Source of the DNA: Simonsiella muelleri ATCC 29453
GTDB lineage: Bacteria > Pseudomonadota > Gammaproteobacteria > Burkholderiales > Neisseriaceae
Direction of reading: 5' to 3'
Length of the DNA: 64,000 bases
Assembly (NCBI RefSeq): GCF_002951835.1
Contig: NZ_CP019448.1
Coordinates: 2,401,382-2,465,381, forward strand
A program made the position numbers and the translations under genes. The notes beneath the pieces are model-generated. The model saw nothing but the letters and a program-made list of their open reading frames with translations. It did no database searches and had not been told where the DNA came from. Position 1 is the first letter of the stretch; each line of letters starts with the position of its first letter. This document shows, one piece after another, positions 19,061-28,383 of the stretch.

Positions 19061-19912
19061 ATGACAATTTGCGAACCTGATGAAATCATCATTCACGGCA
19101 CAACAAGTAAAGGCAAAGTGTTTCGTCCGAGCGATTGGGCGGAGCGTTTATGTGGCATTTTGTCGTCATTCAATAAAGACAACCGACTATCCTATCATGA
19201 ATGGGTGCAGCCTGTGGTCATGGATAAAATTCGTTGTGTGGCGATTGTGCCAAAATTACAGGAAATTAATCCCAGTATGTTCCGTTTTTTGATGGATTTT
19301 GCGGCGGATAATGATTTATGCGTTTTGACTTATCGGGAATTGTTGGCAGAGCAGGGCGCAAATGCAGAATCTGTTGAGGTAAATACTGTCATTGCTGCGC
19401 CAGAAACCGTGTCATGCCCCGAACCCATGCCCGAGCAGCCTCCTGAAACACTTGAAGAACCCGAAAGCATATTGCGCGAAATTGCACCGCATGAAACAGC
19501 AATTGCGTTTGCGGCGTTGAGCGTGTTGCGTCCCAAATTGAAAGACATCAACAGCTTTGTTGAACAAATTAATAAGGTGCAACGTATGCAAGGCTATCGT
19601 CTGTTGGGTGTATTTGAACGTGGAACGAGCAATCCCGTGGCGGTGTGTGGTTTTCGTGTTGAAACCAATTTAGTAAGTGGAAATCATTTACATATTGATG
19701 ATTTGGTTACGCTGCCACAATATCGCAAACATGGCTATGGCACAAGATTATTAACAGAAATTCAACGCATTGCCAGCGAGCAAAATATTGAAGAAATTCA
19801 TATTGATAGCAGCGTAGGCGGTGAGCGAACAACTGCGCATCGGATTTATTTCCAGCATGGTTTTGAAATTCATGCGTATCATTTTGTTTGTAAAATGGAT
19901 TATCAGAAATAA
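19061..19912 (+). CDS. GNAT-family N-acetyltransferase with an uncharacterised N-terminal domain
   Basis: Start moved to MTICEP at 19061. The C-terminal GNAT core is RKHGYGTRLL ... F. The N-terminal roughly 110 aa are conserved but the domain is not identified. An acidic, Pro-rich linker separates the two halves. Confidence 0.6.
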   Translation: MTICEPDEIIIHGTTSKGKVFRPSDWAERLCGILSSFNKDNRLSYHEWVQPVVMDKIRCVAIVPKLQEINPSMFRFLMDFAADNDLCVLTYRELLAEQGANAESVEVNTVIAAPETVSCPEPMPEQPPETLEEPESILREIAPHETAIAFAALSVLRPKLKDINSFVEQINKVQRMQGYRLLGVFERGTSNPVAVCGFRVETNLVSGNHLHIDDLVTLPQYRKHGYGTRLLTEIQRIASEQNIEEIHIDSSVGGERTTAHRIYFQHGFEIHAYHFVCKMDYQK

Positions 19913-19988
19913 TGGTTATTTTTTTCAGGCTGCCTGAACAGATTAATGTTTTCAGGCAGCCTGATTTTTCAGTTTAAAAATTAGATAT

Positions 19989-20594
19989 ATGAATGAATAC
20001 AATGTATTAGCTACTCATGCAGGAGTAGACGAAGCAGGACGAGGACCTTTGGTGGGCAGTGTGTTTGCAGCGGCTGTGATTTTGCCTGCCCATTACGATT
20101 TGCCTGATTTGACCGATTCCAAAAAATTATCCGAAAAAAAGCGTGATAAATTAGCTGAATTAATTAAAAATCAAGCTATTGCTTGGAGTATTGCGTCTGC
20201 ATCTCCAGCAGAAATTGTGCAATACAATATTTTGTATGCCACCATGTTAGCCATGAAACGAGCGGTGTTGGGGTTGAATCAGAAGCCTGAAAAAGTATGG
20301 ATTGATGGTAATCGTGTGCCACCTGAATTGGGGATTGATGCCCAAGCTGTGGTTAAAGGCGACAGCAAAATTGCCCAAATTTCAGCAGCGTCCATTTTGG
20401 CGAAAACGGCGCGTGATGCGGAAATGTATGCATTGGCAACATTGTATCCGCAATATGGTTTTGAAAAACATAAAGGTTATGGCACGGCAGCACATTTGGC
20501 AGCATTGCGACAATATGGTGTGCTGCCTGAACACCGAGCAGATTTTTCACCTGTTAAGGCTTTGTTAGCGCAAGGAAAATTTTTCAATCAATAA
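19989..20594 (+). CDS. rnhB: Ribonuclease HII
   Basis: [21 protein letters not shown] motif, 201 aa. Confidence 0.9.
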   Translation: MNEYNVLATHAGVDEAGRGPLVGSVFAAAVILPAHYDLPDLTDSKKLSEKKRDKLAELIKNQAIAWSIASASPAEIVQYNILYATMLAMKRAVLGLNQKPEKVWIDGNRVPPELGIDAQAVVKGDSKIAQISAASILAKTARDAEMYALATLYPQYGFEKHKGYGTAAHLAALRQYGVLPEHRADFSPVKALLAQGKFFNQ

Positions 20595-20615
20595 ATTTGA
20601 TGAATAGGTAACCTG

Positions 20616-21074
20616 ATGAAAAAAATAATGTTTATTTGTTTAGGGAATATTTGTCGTTCGCCGATGGCAGAATATGTATTGCGCGATATGGCGGCTAAAC
20701 GTGGTATTGTGTTGGAAGTTGCCAGCGCAGGGACTTCGGGTTGGCATGATGGCGAATATATGCACTGTGGTACGGCGGATATTTTAGATGGTTTGAATAT
20801 TGATTCACGCGATTTTATCAGCAGTAAAGTAACGCGAGACGATTGGCAATACTATGATTATTTGATTGTGATGGACAATCAAAATTTAGTTGATATGGAA
20901 AAACAATTCGGAAAAAGCAGAAAATTATTTAAAATTACAGATTTGCTGCCTGAAAATAGTCCATATGACCACGTTCCTGACCCTTGGTACACGGGTAATT
21001 TTGTGGAAACGCGCGAAATTATTCAGCAATGCTGTAATGAACTACTAATACAAATTCAACGTGGCATATTGTAA
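20616..21074 (+). CDS. Low-molecular-weight protein tyrosine phosphatase
   Basis: P-loop CLGNICRSP, 152 aa. Confidence 0.85.
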   Translation: MKKIMFICLGNICRSPMAEYVLRDMAAKRGIVLEVASAGTSGWHDGEYMHCGTADILDGLNIDSRDFISSKVTRDDWQYYDYLIVMDNQNLVDMEKQFGKSRKLFKITDLLPENSPYDHVPDPWYTGNFVETREIIQQCCNELLIQIQRGIL

Positions 21075-21140
21075 TTTACCAATAATTTGATTTTTATAAT
21101 ATTTCTAATTTTATAGATGTTTATTTTCAGGCAGCCTGAA

Positions 21141-21791
21141 ATGATGGATATTTCTCAAACTTTACCGACAAGCAGCATTATTTACGCTTTGGATATGGTT
21201 GGTGTTGCAGCTTGTACGGCGGCAGCGACCATGTTAGCAAAACGATTACAATTTGATATTTTTGGCGCGTTTTTTGTGTCATTTTTGGGGAGTGTGGGCG
21301 GTGGGACGTTACGCGATTTGCTGTTGAACCGCCACCCTATTTTTTGGCTACACGATTTGAATTATCTGTATTTTATCATGGTTTTATCTACAATTATTCA
21401 GATTTTTTATCATTTTTTGGATAAGCTGGATAAGAGCTTGCGTTGGTTTGATGCGTTGGGGTTAGCAGCATTTACGGTGATTGGGGTGCAGGCAGCTTTG
21501 TCGCGTGGCATGAGTGCGCCGATTGTGATGTTGATGGGTGCGGTTACGGCGATTATTGGCGGCGTATTGCGTGATATAGTGTGTCGCCAAATTCCGTTGG
21601 TGCTGCAAAAAGAAATTTACATTACAGCGTCATTGCTTGGCAGCGTGTATTATTTGTTATTACTGCATACTGATGTGAGTGAATGGGTGCGGAGTGTAAC
21701 CACTTTGCTGTTGATTTTTGTCATCAGAATGTTGGCGGTGTATCGCGGTTGGAATTTGCCTGATTTGACATGGAAACCAAAAAAAAGATAA
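21141..21791 (+). CDS. TRIC / UPF0126 (YadS-like) cation-channel family membrane protein
   Basis: Start moved to MMDIS at 21141. It has two repeats, each with a G-G-G-x-(L/V)-RD motif. Confidence 0.65.
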   Translation: MMDISQTLPTSSIIYALDMVGVAACTAAATMLAKRLQFDIFGAFFVSFLGSVGGGTLRDLLLNRHPIFWLHDLNYLYFIMVLSTIIQIFYHFLDKLDKSLRWFDALGLAAFTVIGVQAALSRGMSAPIVMLMGAVTAIIGGVLRDIVCRQIPLVLQKEIYITASLLGSVYYLLLLHTDVSEWVRSVTTLLLIFVIRMLAVYRGWNLPDLTWKPKKR

Positions 21792-21958
21792 ATAAAATAA
21801 GTGCGTTTAATTCATCAAAAATTTTGATGGATTAAAGGTGCTTGGTGCTTTTAAGCTGAAACCTTTGCAAAACACCCATATGCAATGCCATCGCTCTGAA
21901 TTGCGCCTAAATTTAGGGCGGAAAAAGGGTTGTTTACTCATATTCCGCACAACCTAAA

Positions 21959-22279
21959 TTAACCACCGTAAGCATTGCCGTCTTTATTGGTAGTATTACC
22001 GTAGTCATTACCGGATTGGTCTTTTTGTTTACTTTCTTGATAACATTCGTAACCAGTAGCAATACCACCACCAACAACACCTGTAGTGCCACCAACTATT
22101 CCACCAAAAGTTACAGTAGCAGGTGCAGACAATCCAGCAGTAAACGCAGAAACCCCTAAACCTACTGCACCACTTAATATCGCACCTGATTGCCCACCAT
22201 TTGCCATACCAGAAAGAGTAGTTGCGATACAACCAGCCCCACTTACAAGATTTAAATCATTTATTGATAATTCAATCAT
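21959..22279 (-). CDS. Gly-rich bacteriocin/microcin-like precursor (colicin V-like)
   Basis: The N-terminus MIELSINDLNLVSGAG fits the double-glycine leader consensus (LS..(E/D)L...(I/V).G(G/A)). The predicted mature part is Gly/Ala-rich with 2 Cys, as in ColV and MccL. The gene lies in an AT-rich segment. Confidence 0.5.
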   Translation of the reverse strand: MIELSINDLNLVSGAGCIATTLSGMANGGQSGAILSGAVGLGVSAFTAGLSAPATVTFGGIVGGTTGVVGGGIATGYECYQESKQKDQSGNDYGNTTNKDGNAYGG

Positions 22280-22308
22280 AATTTTTATCTCCTAATAAAA
22301 TGTTTAGT

Positions 22309-22503
22309 TTAGTGTTTTAAAAAATAAGTTGATATGGTGTAATTTGTTAAAATAAATAAAATCATAAAAGTAAATAATGCTCTACAATAAATTTGCATAT
22401 TAATTGTTGATGAATCACTAAAATACTCAAAAATAAATAATAATGGTGTTACAAGCAATAAAAGAGCATAAAAATATTTACAAAAAATCAAAATTTTAAG
22501 CAT
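22309..22503 (-). CDS. Small hydrophobic membrane protein; candidate immunity protein
   Basis: 64 aa with two predicted transmembrane helices, immediately upstream of and co-oriented with the Gly-rich peptide. This is the cvi-cvaC-like arrangement. Confidence 0.3.
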   Translation of the reverse strand: MLKILIFCKYFYALLLLVTPLLFIFEYFSDSSTINMQIYCRALFTFMILFILTNYTISTYFLKH

Positions 22504-22519
22504 TAAAATTTACTCCATA

Positions 22520-23674
22520 TTATGGCAATATAAACTCCAACACACCAACTATTGCCAACTCAAATATCAATTTATTCATTTTCTCCGAATTGATATTTTG
22601 GTTTTGGCAAAACTCATTCAGTTGACTCAATTCAACATAATGCTGGTCAGCTATCCATTGCAAAATGGTTTGACTGTCGTTATCCAAATTAGTTTTGATA
22701 CCATTGGCAATCACATAACCTTGTGTAATGGTGCGATTGTCCAGTGAATTGAGTTTGATTGTGCCATTTTCGGGAAGTCTGTCGTTGTGTGGATTGCCAA
22801 AAATCTGCATATTGAATGCGGTATCGGCACGGTGATCACCTAAAAACTCCTGTTTAAAGGTTTCGTAGTTTTCACGGTTTACTAATAATTTGGCTATGTT
22901 TTGCGCGGCAACCTGAATGCGATTTTGGTCGCTTTGCCAATTGTTTAAATTGTGGCGCAATTCCACAATGGACGGAACTTTTTTCATCAGCCATTCCATA
23001 TACTGATAGCCTGTTGGCGCAAACGTGCCGATTGCCAAATGGAACGTTTCACAATTCATGGGGACAGGACTATGCCACCAACCACGCGGAATGTATAAAA
23101 TATCGCCAGCTTCTAAAACCACTTCCATATCTGGGTGCTGTGGTTCGGGAACATTCACATCTTTGCTTTGTTGCATATAAAGAGGCATTTCAAAATTGGG
23201 CGCATACAGCGACCAATGCTTTTTGCCCATTAACTGAACCGCAAAGACATCTCGCGTATCCCAATGATTTTTAAATGAAGCATCACTACCAAATGCCAAA
23301 TAACCGCTCACTACAGTTTGAGCTTGCACAAATTGAGCAATGTGTTTGGCAATAGCATCGACCAAAGGCTCATTGTTAATCCGATTATAAACAATCGTTG
23401 CACCCTTGCGTAGATGTTCATAAACCGCAGCTTTATTGAAACGGTAACGAGTTCTGCCTATATCGTTAAAACTTTCCACATATGCCGATACTGGTACAAT
23501 TTCGCCTTTACGCAGACGGAACAATTCATCAACTGGATTGGCACGTTGATACAATTCATTGATATATTGCCAATCTATTGGTACGTCTTTAGCCGCACCT
23601 TTAAACAATTTAGGCTGCTTATACAAAAATTCCTGTCGAAAGTGTTCTGCAGTAATATTCAAATTTAAATACAT
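22520..23674 (-). CDS. JmjC / cupin-4 family 2-oxoglutarate/Fe(II) oxygenase (YcfD/RoxA-like)
   Basis: HxD..H facial triad (HWDTRD ... WWHSP) and an architecture like YcfD. The start at M7 (23674) is preferred for ribosome-binding-site spacing. There is a roughly 100 aa C-terminal extension. Confidence 0.65.
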   Translation of the reverse strand: MYLNLNITAEHFRQEFLYKQPKLFKGAAKDVPIDWQYINELYQRANPVDELFRLRKGEIVPVSAYVESFNDIGRTRYRFNKAAVYEHLRKGATIVYNRINNEPLVDAIAKHIAQFVQAQTVVSGYLAFGSDASFKNHWDTRDVFAVQLMGKKHWSLYAPNFEMPLYMQQSKDVNVPEPQHPDMEVVLEAGDILYIPRGWWHSPVPMNCETFHLAIGTFAPTGYQYMEWLMKKVPSIVELRHNLNNWQSDQNRIQVAAQNIAKLLVNRENYETFKQEFLGDHRADTAFNMQIFGNPHNDRLPENGTIKLNSLDNRTITQGYVIANGIKTNLDNDSQTILQWIADQHYVELSQLNEFCQNQNINSEKMNKLIFELAIVGVLEFILP

Positions 23675-24042
23675 AATGCAAATCTCTATCATTCCTAATT
23701 TTTAAGAAATTTTATTGTTGGATACTTTTCATTTGTCAATACCTTTTAAAAAATAATTTTTAATAAAAGAGATTTTGATTTTTAGGTACATCCATGGTTT
23801 TCTCAAATTTTAAAAATAAAACGGCTCACCCGAAGCACAAACGCACATTCAGAATTAAGCCGTTTTGGAAAGGTGGAATTAAGCCAATGAGTTTTTAGGT
23901 TCATCATTAGTTTAAAATTCAATCAATAAAAATCATTTTTGCACTATAAATTCAAATATTTTATAAAAATATTTAGAAAACATCGGGCGTTGTACAGGTT
24001 TCAGCGGGGGTATGGTGGCGATAAGCGAATCTAAAATTTGGC

Positions 24043-25392
24043 TTAAATTGCGCCAAAATTGCGTTGTAACAAAGCACATGTCCGTCTTTCAAGTCCACGC
24101 CTGCGCGTGCTGCGCCCTTCAATTTTTGGGTAAGTGATGGCTTCGGCTTTTGTTTTGGCGAATTTGCGTTCCACACGGTTTGGGGTTTTAGAGATGGTTT
24201 TTTCACTTTTCAGGCTGCCTGAAGTCGGTTCATCGCCCATTTCCCAACGCGGTTCAAATCCTTCAATTTTAGAAATCGGTAATTCTTGCCCAATCAGTTC
24301 ATTGATTGAAAAATACATTTTTTGTTCGTTGTCGTCCATCATGGAAATTGCCACGCCATCTGCGCCTGCGCGTCCTGTGCGCCCGATACGGTGGACGTAA
24401 TCTTCTGCTTGAGTCGGCAATTCGTAATTAATCACAAACGGCAATTCTGCAATGTCCAGACCACGCGCTGCGACATCGGTCGCCACAAGTACGCGTAATT
24501 CGCCGGATTTGAATTGGCTAAGTACGTCCAAACGCGTTTGTTGCGATTTGTCGCCGTGAATCGCATTCGCGGATAGACCACGTCTTACCAAATCTCGTGC
24601 CACTTGGTCGGCAGATTGTTTGGTTTTACAAAATACAATCACTTGCGGCATTTGCAAGTCTACAATCAGACGTTCCAATAATTCGCGTTTGCGATAGGCA
24701 TCAACTGCGATAACATGTTGTTCTACATTGGCATTGGTGGCGTTTTGCGCAGCAACTTCCACGGTTTCAGGTGAGTTCATAAAATCTTGCGCCAATTTGC
24801 GAATAGCGGGTGCAAAAGTCGCTGAAAACAGCAACGTCTGGCGTGGGCGCGGCAACATTTGCATGATTTGGCGAATATCATCAATAAAACCCATGTCCAG
24901 CATTCGGTCAGCTTCGTCCAGCACAACAATTTCCACTTTGTTTAAATTGATGTTTTTTTGTTTAATGTGGTCAAGCAATCGCCCAACGGTTGCCACGACA
25001 ATCTCGCAACCTGTGCGTAAATCGGTGGTTTGTTTGTCCATGTTTACGCCCCCAAATAAAACAGTGTGGCGCAATGGCAGATTTTTGATGTAATTTTGGG
25101 TATTTTGGTCAATTTGGTCGGCTAATTCGCGCGTGGGTGTCAGCACGAGCATTCGTACGGGGTGCATGGCAGGCGATGTGCTGGCATTGGCGTAGCGTTT
25201 TAGGCGTTCCAAACTGGGCAACATAAATGCAGCGGTTTTGCCTGTGCCTGTTTGAGCGGCGGCGAGTAAATCATGTCCTGCTAATGCTTTGGGGATGGCG
25301 GTAGCTTGAATGGGGGTGGGTGTTTCGTAGCCTTGTTCGGCGAGTGCGGACGTGATTTCTTGTCCGAGTCCGAGTTGTGAAAATTGGCTCAT
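24043..25392 (-). CDS. DEAD-box ATP-dependent RNA helicase (RhlE-like)
   Basis: Q-motif, Walker A (AQTGTGKT), DEAD, SAT and HRIGRTGR motifs. There is a basic C-terminal tail. Confidence 0.9.
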   Translation of the reverse strand: MSQFSQLGLGQEITSALAEQGYETPTPIQATAIPKALAGHDLLAAAQTGTGKTAAFMLPSLERLKRYANASTSPAMHPVRMLVLTPTRELADQIDQNTQNYIKNLPLRHTVLFGGVNMDKQTTDLRTGCEIVVATVGRLLDHIKQKNINLNKVEIVVLDEADRMLDMGFIDDIRQIMQMLPRPRQTLLFSATFAPAIRKLAQDFMNSPETVEVAAQNATNANVEQHVIAVDAYRKRELLERLIVDLQMPQVIVFCKTKQSADQVARDLVRRGLSANAIHGDKSQQTRLDVLSQFKSGELRVLVATDVAARGLDIAELPFVINYELPTQAEDYVHRIGRTGRAGADGVAISMMDDNEQKMYFSINELIGQELPISKIEGFEPRWEMGDEPTSGSLKSEKTISKTPNRVERKFAKTKAEAITYPKIEGRSTRRRGLERRTCALLQRNFGAI

Positions 25393-25645
25393 TGTTATTC
25401 TCTTTCTTATTGATAATGGGTTTTCAGGCTGCCTGAAAAAGTAGCCATATTCTAACAGAATACTGAATTTAGGCAGCTTGAAAATATTTTTGTGTATTTG
25501 AATTGCTGAACGTGCAGTTCTTCAGGCTGCCTTATTTAATCGGAATAATGAAATTTATAAAAATAATTTTAATTTAAAATCAATACTATTTACTTTTAAG
25601 TTTTTTATGCGTATTATTCTCATTAATGAAATAATTGAATTAATT

Positions 25646-26521
25646 ATGAAAAATAAATTTGTAAACTCAGTTAGTTGGGTTACCTGTACGTCATTGGCTC
25701 ATGCCGACTTGCCATTGAGTTTAGAAGAGCTGCTGACCGACAAAGGCAAACTTAAACTAGAAAGTAGCATCAGCTACGTGAATACAGAACGCAGCCAAAT
25801 GCAATTTGCCAACCCCATTTATGTACAAACCAGTGCAACCAATTTTGTCGCTGTTCCCACAGCCATCAATGAAACCGATAGCAATAGCGATATTGTGGTT
25901 GGCACGGTTGGTTTACGCTACGGTTTGACAGACAAAACCGATATTTACGGTAACACCAACTATTTATGGCGCAGCGACCGACAATTTAACGATTCAGGCA
26001 GCCTGAAAAAACGCAATAACAATTTATCTGATTTTTCGCTGGGCGTGAGCCACACGTTTATGCAAGATGGTAAAAATCCTGCATTAATTGGCTTTTTAGA
26101 AACATTGGTTTATGAAAAATCACAGGATAAAAAATCATTTGGAAAATCGTGGGTAGTTGGTGCGACGACTTACAAAGCGATTGACCCAGTTGTTTTGTCA
26201 TTGACTGCGACGTATCGCCATAATTTGAAGAAAAATATAGATGGGAATTCATATAAATCAGGGAATTATTTTATGCTGAACCCATCTATCAGTTTTGCAG
26301 CAAACGATAAAATTAGCTTAACGGGTGGTGTGCAATGGCTCAATGCACAAGCTGATACACAAAATGGCAAAAAACTGTCTGCTCGTAACACATCAACCTA
26401 CGCTCATGCTGGTATTGGTTATGGCATCACAAAAGATACTGCTTTGAATGCTTCTGTGCGTTGGAAAGCATCAGGGCAAAGCACTTCCGAATTAAAACTT
26501 GGTTTGACCTACAATTTTTAA
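25646..26521 (+). CDS. Putative outer-membrane beta-barrel protein
   Basis: Start moved to MKNKF at 25646. Signal peptide ..SLAHA|DL. Amphipathic strands and a C-terminal ..TYNF. The family is not assigned. There is a DUS inside the coding sequence at about 25993. Confidence 0.5.
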   Translation: MKNKFVNSVSWVTCTSLAHADLPLSLEELLTDKGKLKLESSISYVNTERSQMQFANPIYVQTSATNFVAVPTAINETDSNSDIVVGTVGLRYGLTDKTDIYGNTNYLWRSDRQFNDSGSLKKRNNNLSDFSLGVSHTFMQDGKNPALIGFLETLVYEKSQDKKSFGKSWVVGATTYKAIDPVVLSLTATYRHNLKKNIDGNSYKSGNYFMLNPSISFAANDKISLTGGVQWLNAQADTQNGKKLSARNTSTYAHAGIGYGITKDTALNASVRWKASGQSTSELKLGLTYNF

Positions 26522-26585
26522 GCAGCACCCCAGTAGTAACAGTAGTACTTTCTTTTTTAACTTTCAATATAAGGATTTTTCACTT

Positions 26586-27008
26586 ATGAAAACTAAAATC
26601 GCAACGGTAATTGCTATGGCTATGTTGTCTGCACCTGTGATGGCACAACAGAATTTAAATAGTTTGGATAGCCAAGTATTCGCCAATCAAAATATCAAGG
26701 CAGTGGAATTATCTCAAACTGAGATGAAAGAGACTCAGGGGGAGTGGGTTGCAAATGCGATTGGTGGTGTAATGGGTGGTGTTGGTGGTCATTTTGGTTA
26801 TATGGCAGGTGCTGCTTTGGCTGGCTCATACAACTTTAATGGACATATGGCAGCCATTGGTACTGGTGCAGCTGTTGGGGTTCTTAGTCCTGTTACGGGA
26901 GCAAGTACTTTGGTACATGGTATGAGGGGAGCTGCATTAGCAGGAGTTATTGGTGGTATTAACGGATATGCTGGTAATACTGGTAAAAATCATACTTTCC
27001 GCCGTTAA
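26586..27008 (+). CDS. Bacteriocin-like precursor, cassette 1. It has three modules: a Sec-like signal module, a conserved leader module, and a Gly-rich (glycine-zipper) variable module.
   Basis: MKTKIATVIAMAMLSAPVMA|QQ..., then ELSQTEMKETQGE, then WVANAIGGVMGGVGG.... The 5' 180 bp is duplicated at 27873-28045. The leader segment is duplicated at 27371-27432. There is an alternative GTG start at 26708, preceded by AAGG. Confidence 0.5.
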   Translation: MKTKIATVIAMAMLSAPVMAQQNLNSLDSQVFANQNIKAVELSQTEMKETQGEWVANAIGGVMGGVGGHFGYMAGAALAGSYNFNGHMAAIGTGAAVGVLSPVTGASTLVHGMRGAALAGVIGGINGYAGNTGKNHTFRR

Positions 27009-27086
27009 TTTATTAACTATTTGTAAATAAAATTTGCTACTAAACTAATTAATTAAATAAGTTTAGTAGCTTTCTTAGAGTTTATC

Positions 27087-27371
27087 ATGGTGTTATTATA
27101 TATAATGGCAACGGTTGGGTGCTTTCTAGGTTGCTTGAGAATGATTGAAAATATTGGACGAAAAAAATGGTTAAGTAATATCTTATTTCTTATTTCTACT
27201 TCCATATTAACATTATGTAGTATTGAAATTACTCATATAACCAATATGTTATCGTTCAATGATTCAATAAAGCAATTATTATATTATTTTTCTTATCTAT
27301 TTATTTTGATTTTATTCTTTTATTTTTTAGCGAAATATCTTAATAAAAGTTATAAAGATAAATCATGTTAA
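27087..27371 (+). CDS. Small polytopic membrane protein; candidate immunity protein for cassette 1
   Basis: 94 aa, very hydrophobic, about 25% GC, immediately downstream of the precursor. Confidence 0.35.
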   Translation: MVLLYIMATVGCFLGCLRMIENIGRKKWLSNILFLISTSILTLCSIEITHITNMLSFNDSIKQLLYYFSYLFILILFFYFLAKYLNKSYKDKSC

Positions 27372-27383
27372 AATGTTAAGGCA

Positions 27384-27500
27384 ATGGAATTATCTCAAAC
27401 TGAGATGAAAGAGACTCAGGGGGAAGTTGCTATTAGTTGCAGCAGCTTTGGGTGGCTTTTTTGGCGCAAGTTTGGCAAATACAGCAAGCAATCCTCGTAA
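27384..27500 (+). CDS. Orphan precursor, cassette 2 (38 aa). It starts with the conserved leader (MELSQTEMKETQGE) fused to a different C-terminus. A G5 tract sits at the junction.
   Basis: The ATG is preceded by AAGGCA, which is identical to the GTG context in cassette 1. The frame changes after the CAGGGGGAA tract. The +1 frame encodes KLLLVAAALGGFFGASLANTASNPRK up to 27503. Confidence 0.35.
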   Translation: MELSQTEMKETQGEVAISCSSFGWLFWRKFGKYSKQSS

Positions 27501-27513
27501 ATAATTTATTTTC

Positions 27514-27756
27514 ATGGTAATATATATGAGTGAATTAATTGTCTATTTCATTATTCCTGCGTTGAGTTTTGTTTGCGCAACATTGAGTTATTTAATTGTA
27601 AAATGGAAACAACTAGATAGGAAATATATGTATTTATTTCCTTTATTTCTTATCATTTTTGTTTTCTTAGGGATAGTGGAGTTTTACATGTTTGTTTTCT
27701 TTCTTTGCTCATGTTTTTATTCTATTTACTCATATTATGATCATGATGAAAATTAA
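27514..27756 (+). CDS. Small polytopic membrane protein; candidate immunity protein for cassette 2
   Basis: 80 aa, two to three transmembrane helices, AT-rich. Confidence 0.3.
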   Translation: MVIYMSELIVYFIIPALSFVCATLSYLIVKWKQLDRKYMYLFPLFLIIFVFLGIVEFYMFVFFLCSCFYSIYSYYDHDEN

Positions 27757-27918
27757 GTTTTACTATTAGCTATTAGTAAGTGTCGGGTGGGCAGTTATTG
27801 CCCACTCGTTCTGTGTTTGGTTGCAACAAAAATACCAGTATTTGTTTGGTTTAATTTACAATTTTTAAGTAGTCCCCAGTAGTAACAGCAGTATTTTCTG
27901 ACTATAAAATTTTCACTT

Positions 27919-28194
27919 ATGAAAACTAAAATCGCAACGGTAATCACTATAGCTATGTTGTCTGCACCTGTGATGGCACAACAGAATTTAAATAGTTTGG
28001 ATAGCCAAGTATTTGCTAATCAAAATATAAAGGCAGTGGAAATATTTTTGGGGCTTATTATTATCCCAATAGATTTTGTTATTTATTTAATTATTAAAAA
28101 ATACTTTCCTAAAAATGGGTTAATGATATTTATTCAAACTTTTACATTATCATTAATTAATTTTTTACTTTTGAAGTACATTTTGAAATTTTAA
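27919..28194 (+). CDS. Cassette 3: the same Sec-like 5' module as cassette 1, fused at the GTGGAA breakpoint to a hydrophobic transmembrane peptide
   Basis: The first 40 aa are identical or near-identical to 26586. Divergence falls exactly at the alternative start site. Confidence 0.35.
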   Translation: MKTKIATVITIAMLSAPVMAQQNLNSLDSQVFANQNIKAVEIFLGLIIIPIDFVIYLIIKKYFPKNGLMIFIQTFTLSLINFLLLKYILKF

Positions 28195-28383
28195 AAATAG
28201 ACTTCCGGCGAAACCGCAATTTTTCTAGATTTTAGAATTTTGCTAAATCCTGTAATTAAGCTTGTTTTAAAAAATGGGGATTATTGTTTCGCAGGAAGTC
28301 TACACTTTCTATAGTTTTATCCAAATTCCAACATTCAGGCAGCCTGAAATAGTTTTTGTGTACTGGCTCTTGGAGTAGAAGAA

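Noticed and set aside
22029-22232. A 67 aa ORF rich in Cys, Trp and Tyr, reminiscent of a Cys-rich peptide
   Set aside because: It is an alternate frame of the Gly-rich peptide gene. Gly codons GGN read out of frame as W/C/Y-rich. The Gly-rich frame has the start context and the leader.
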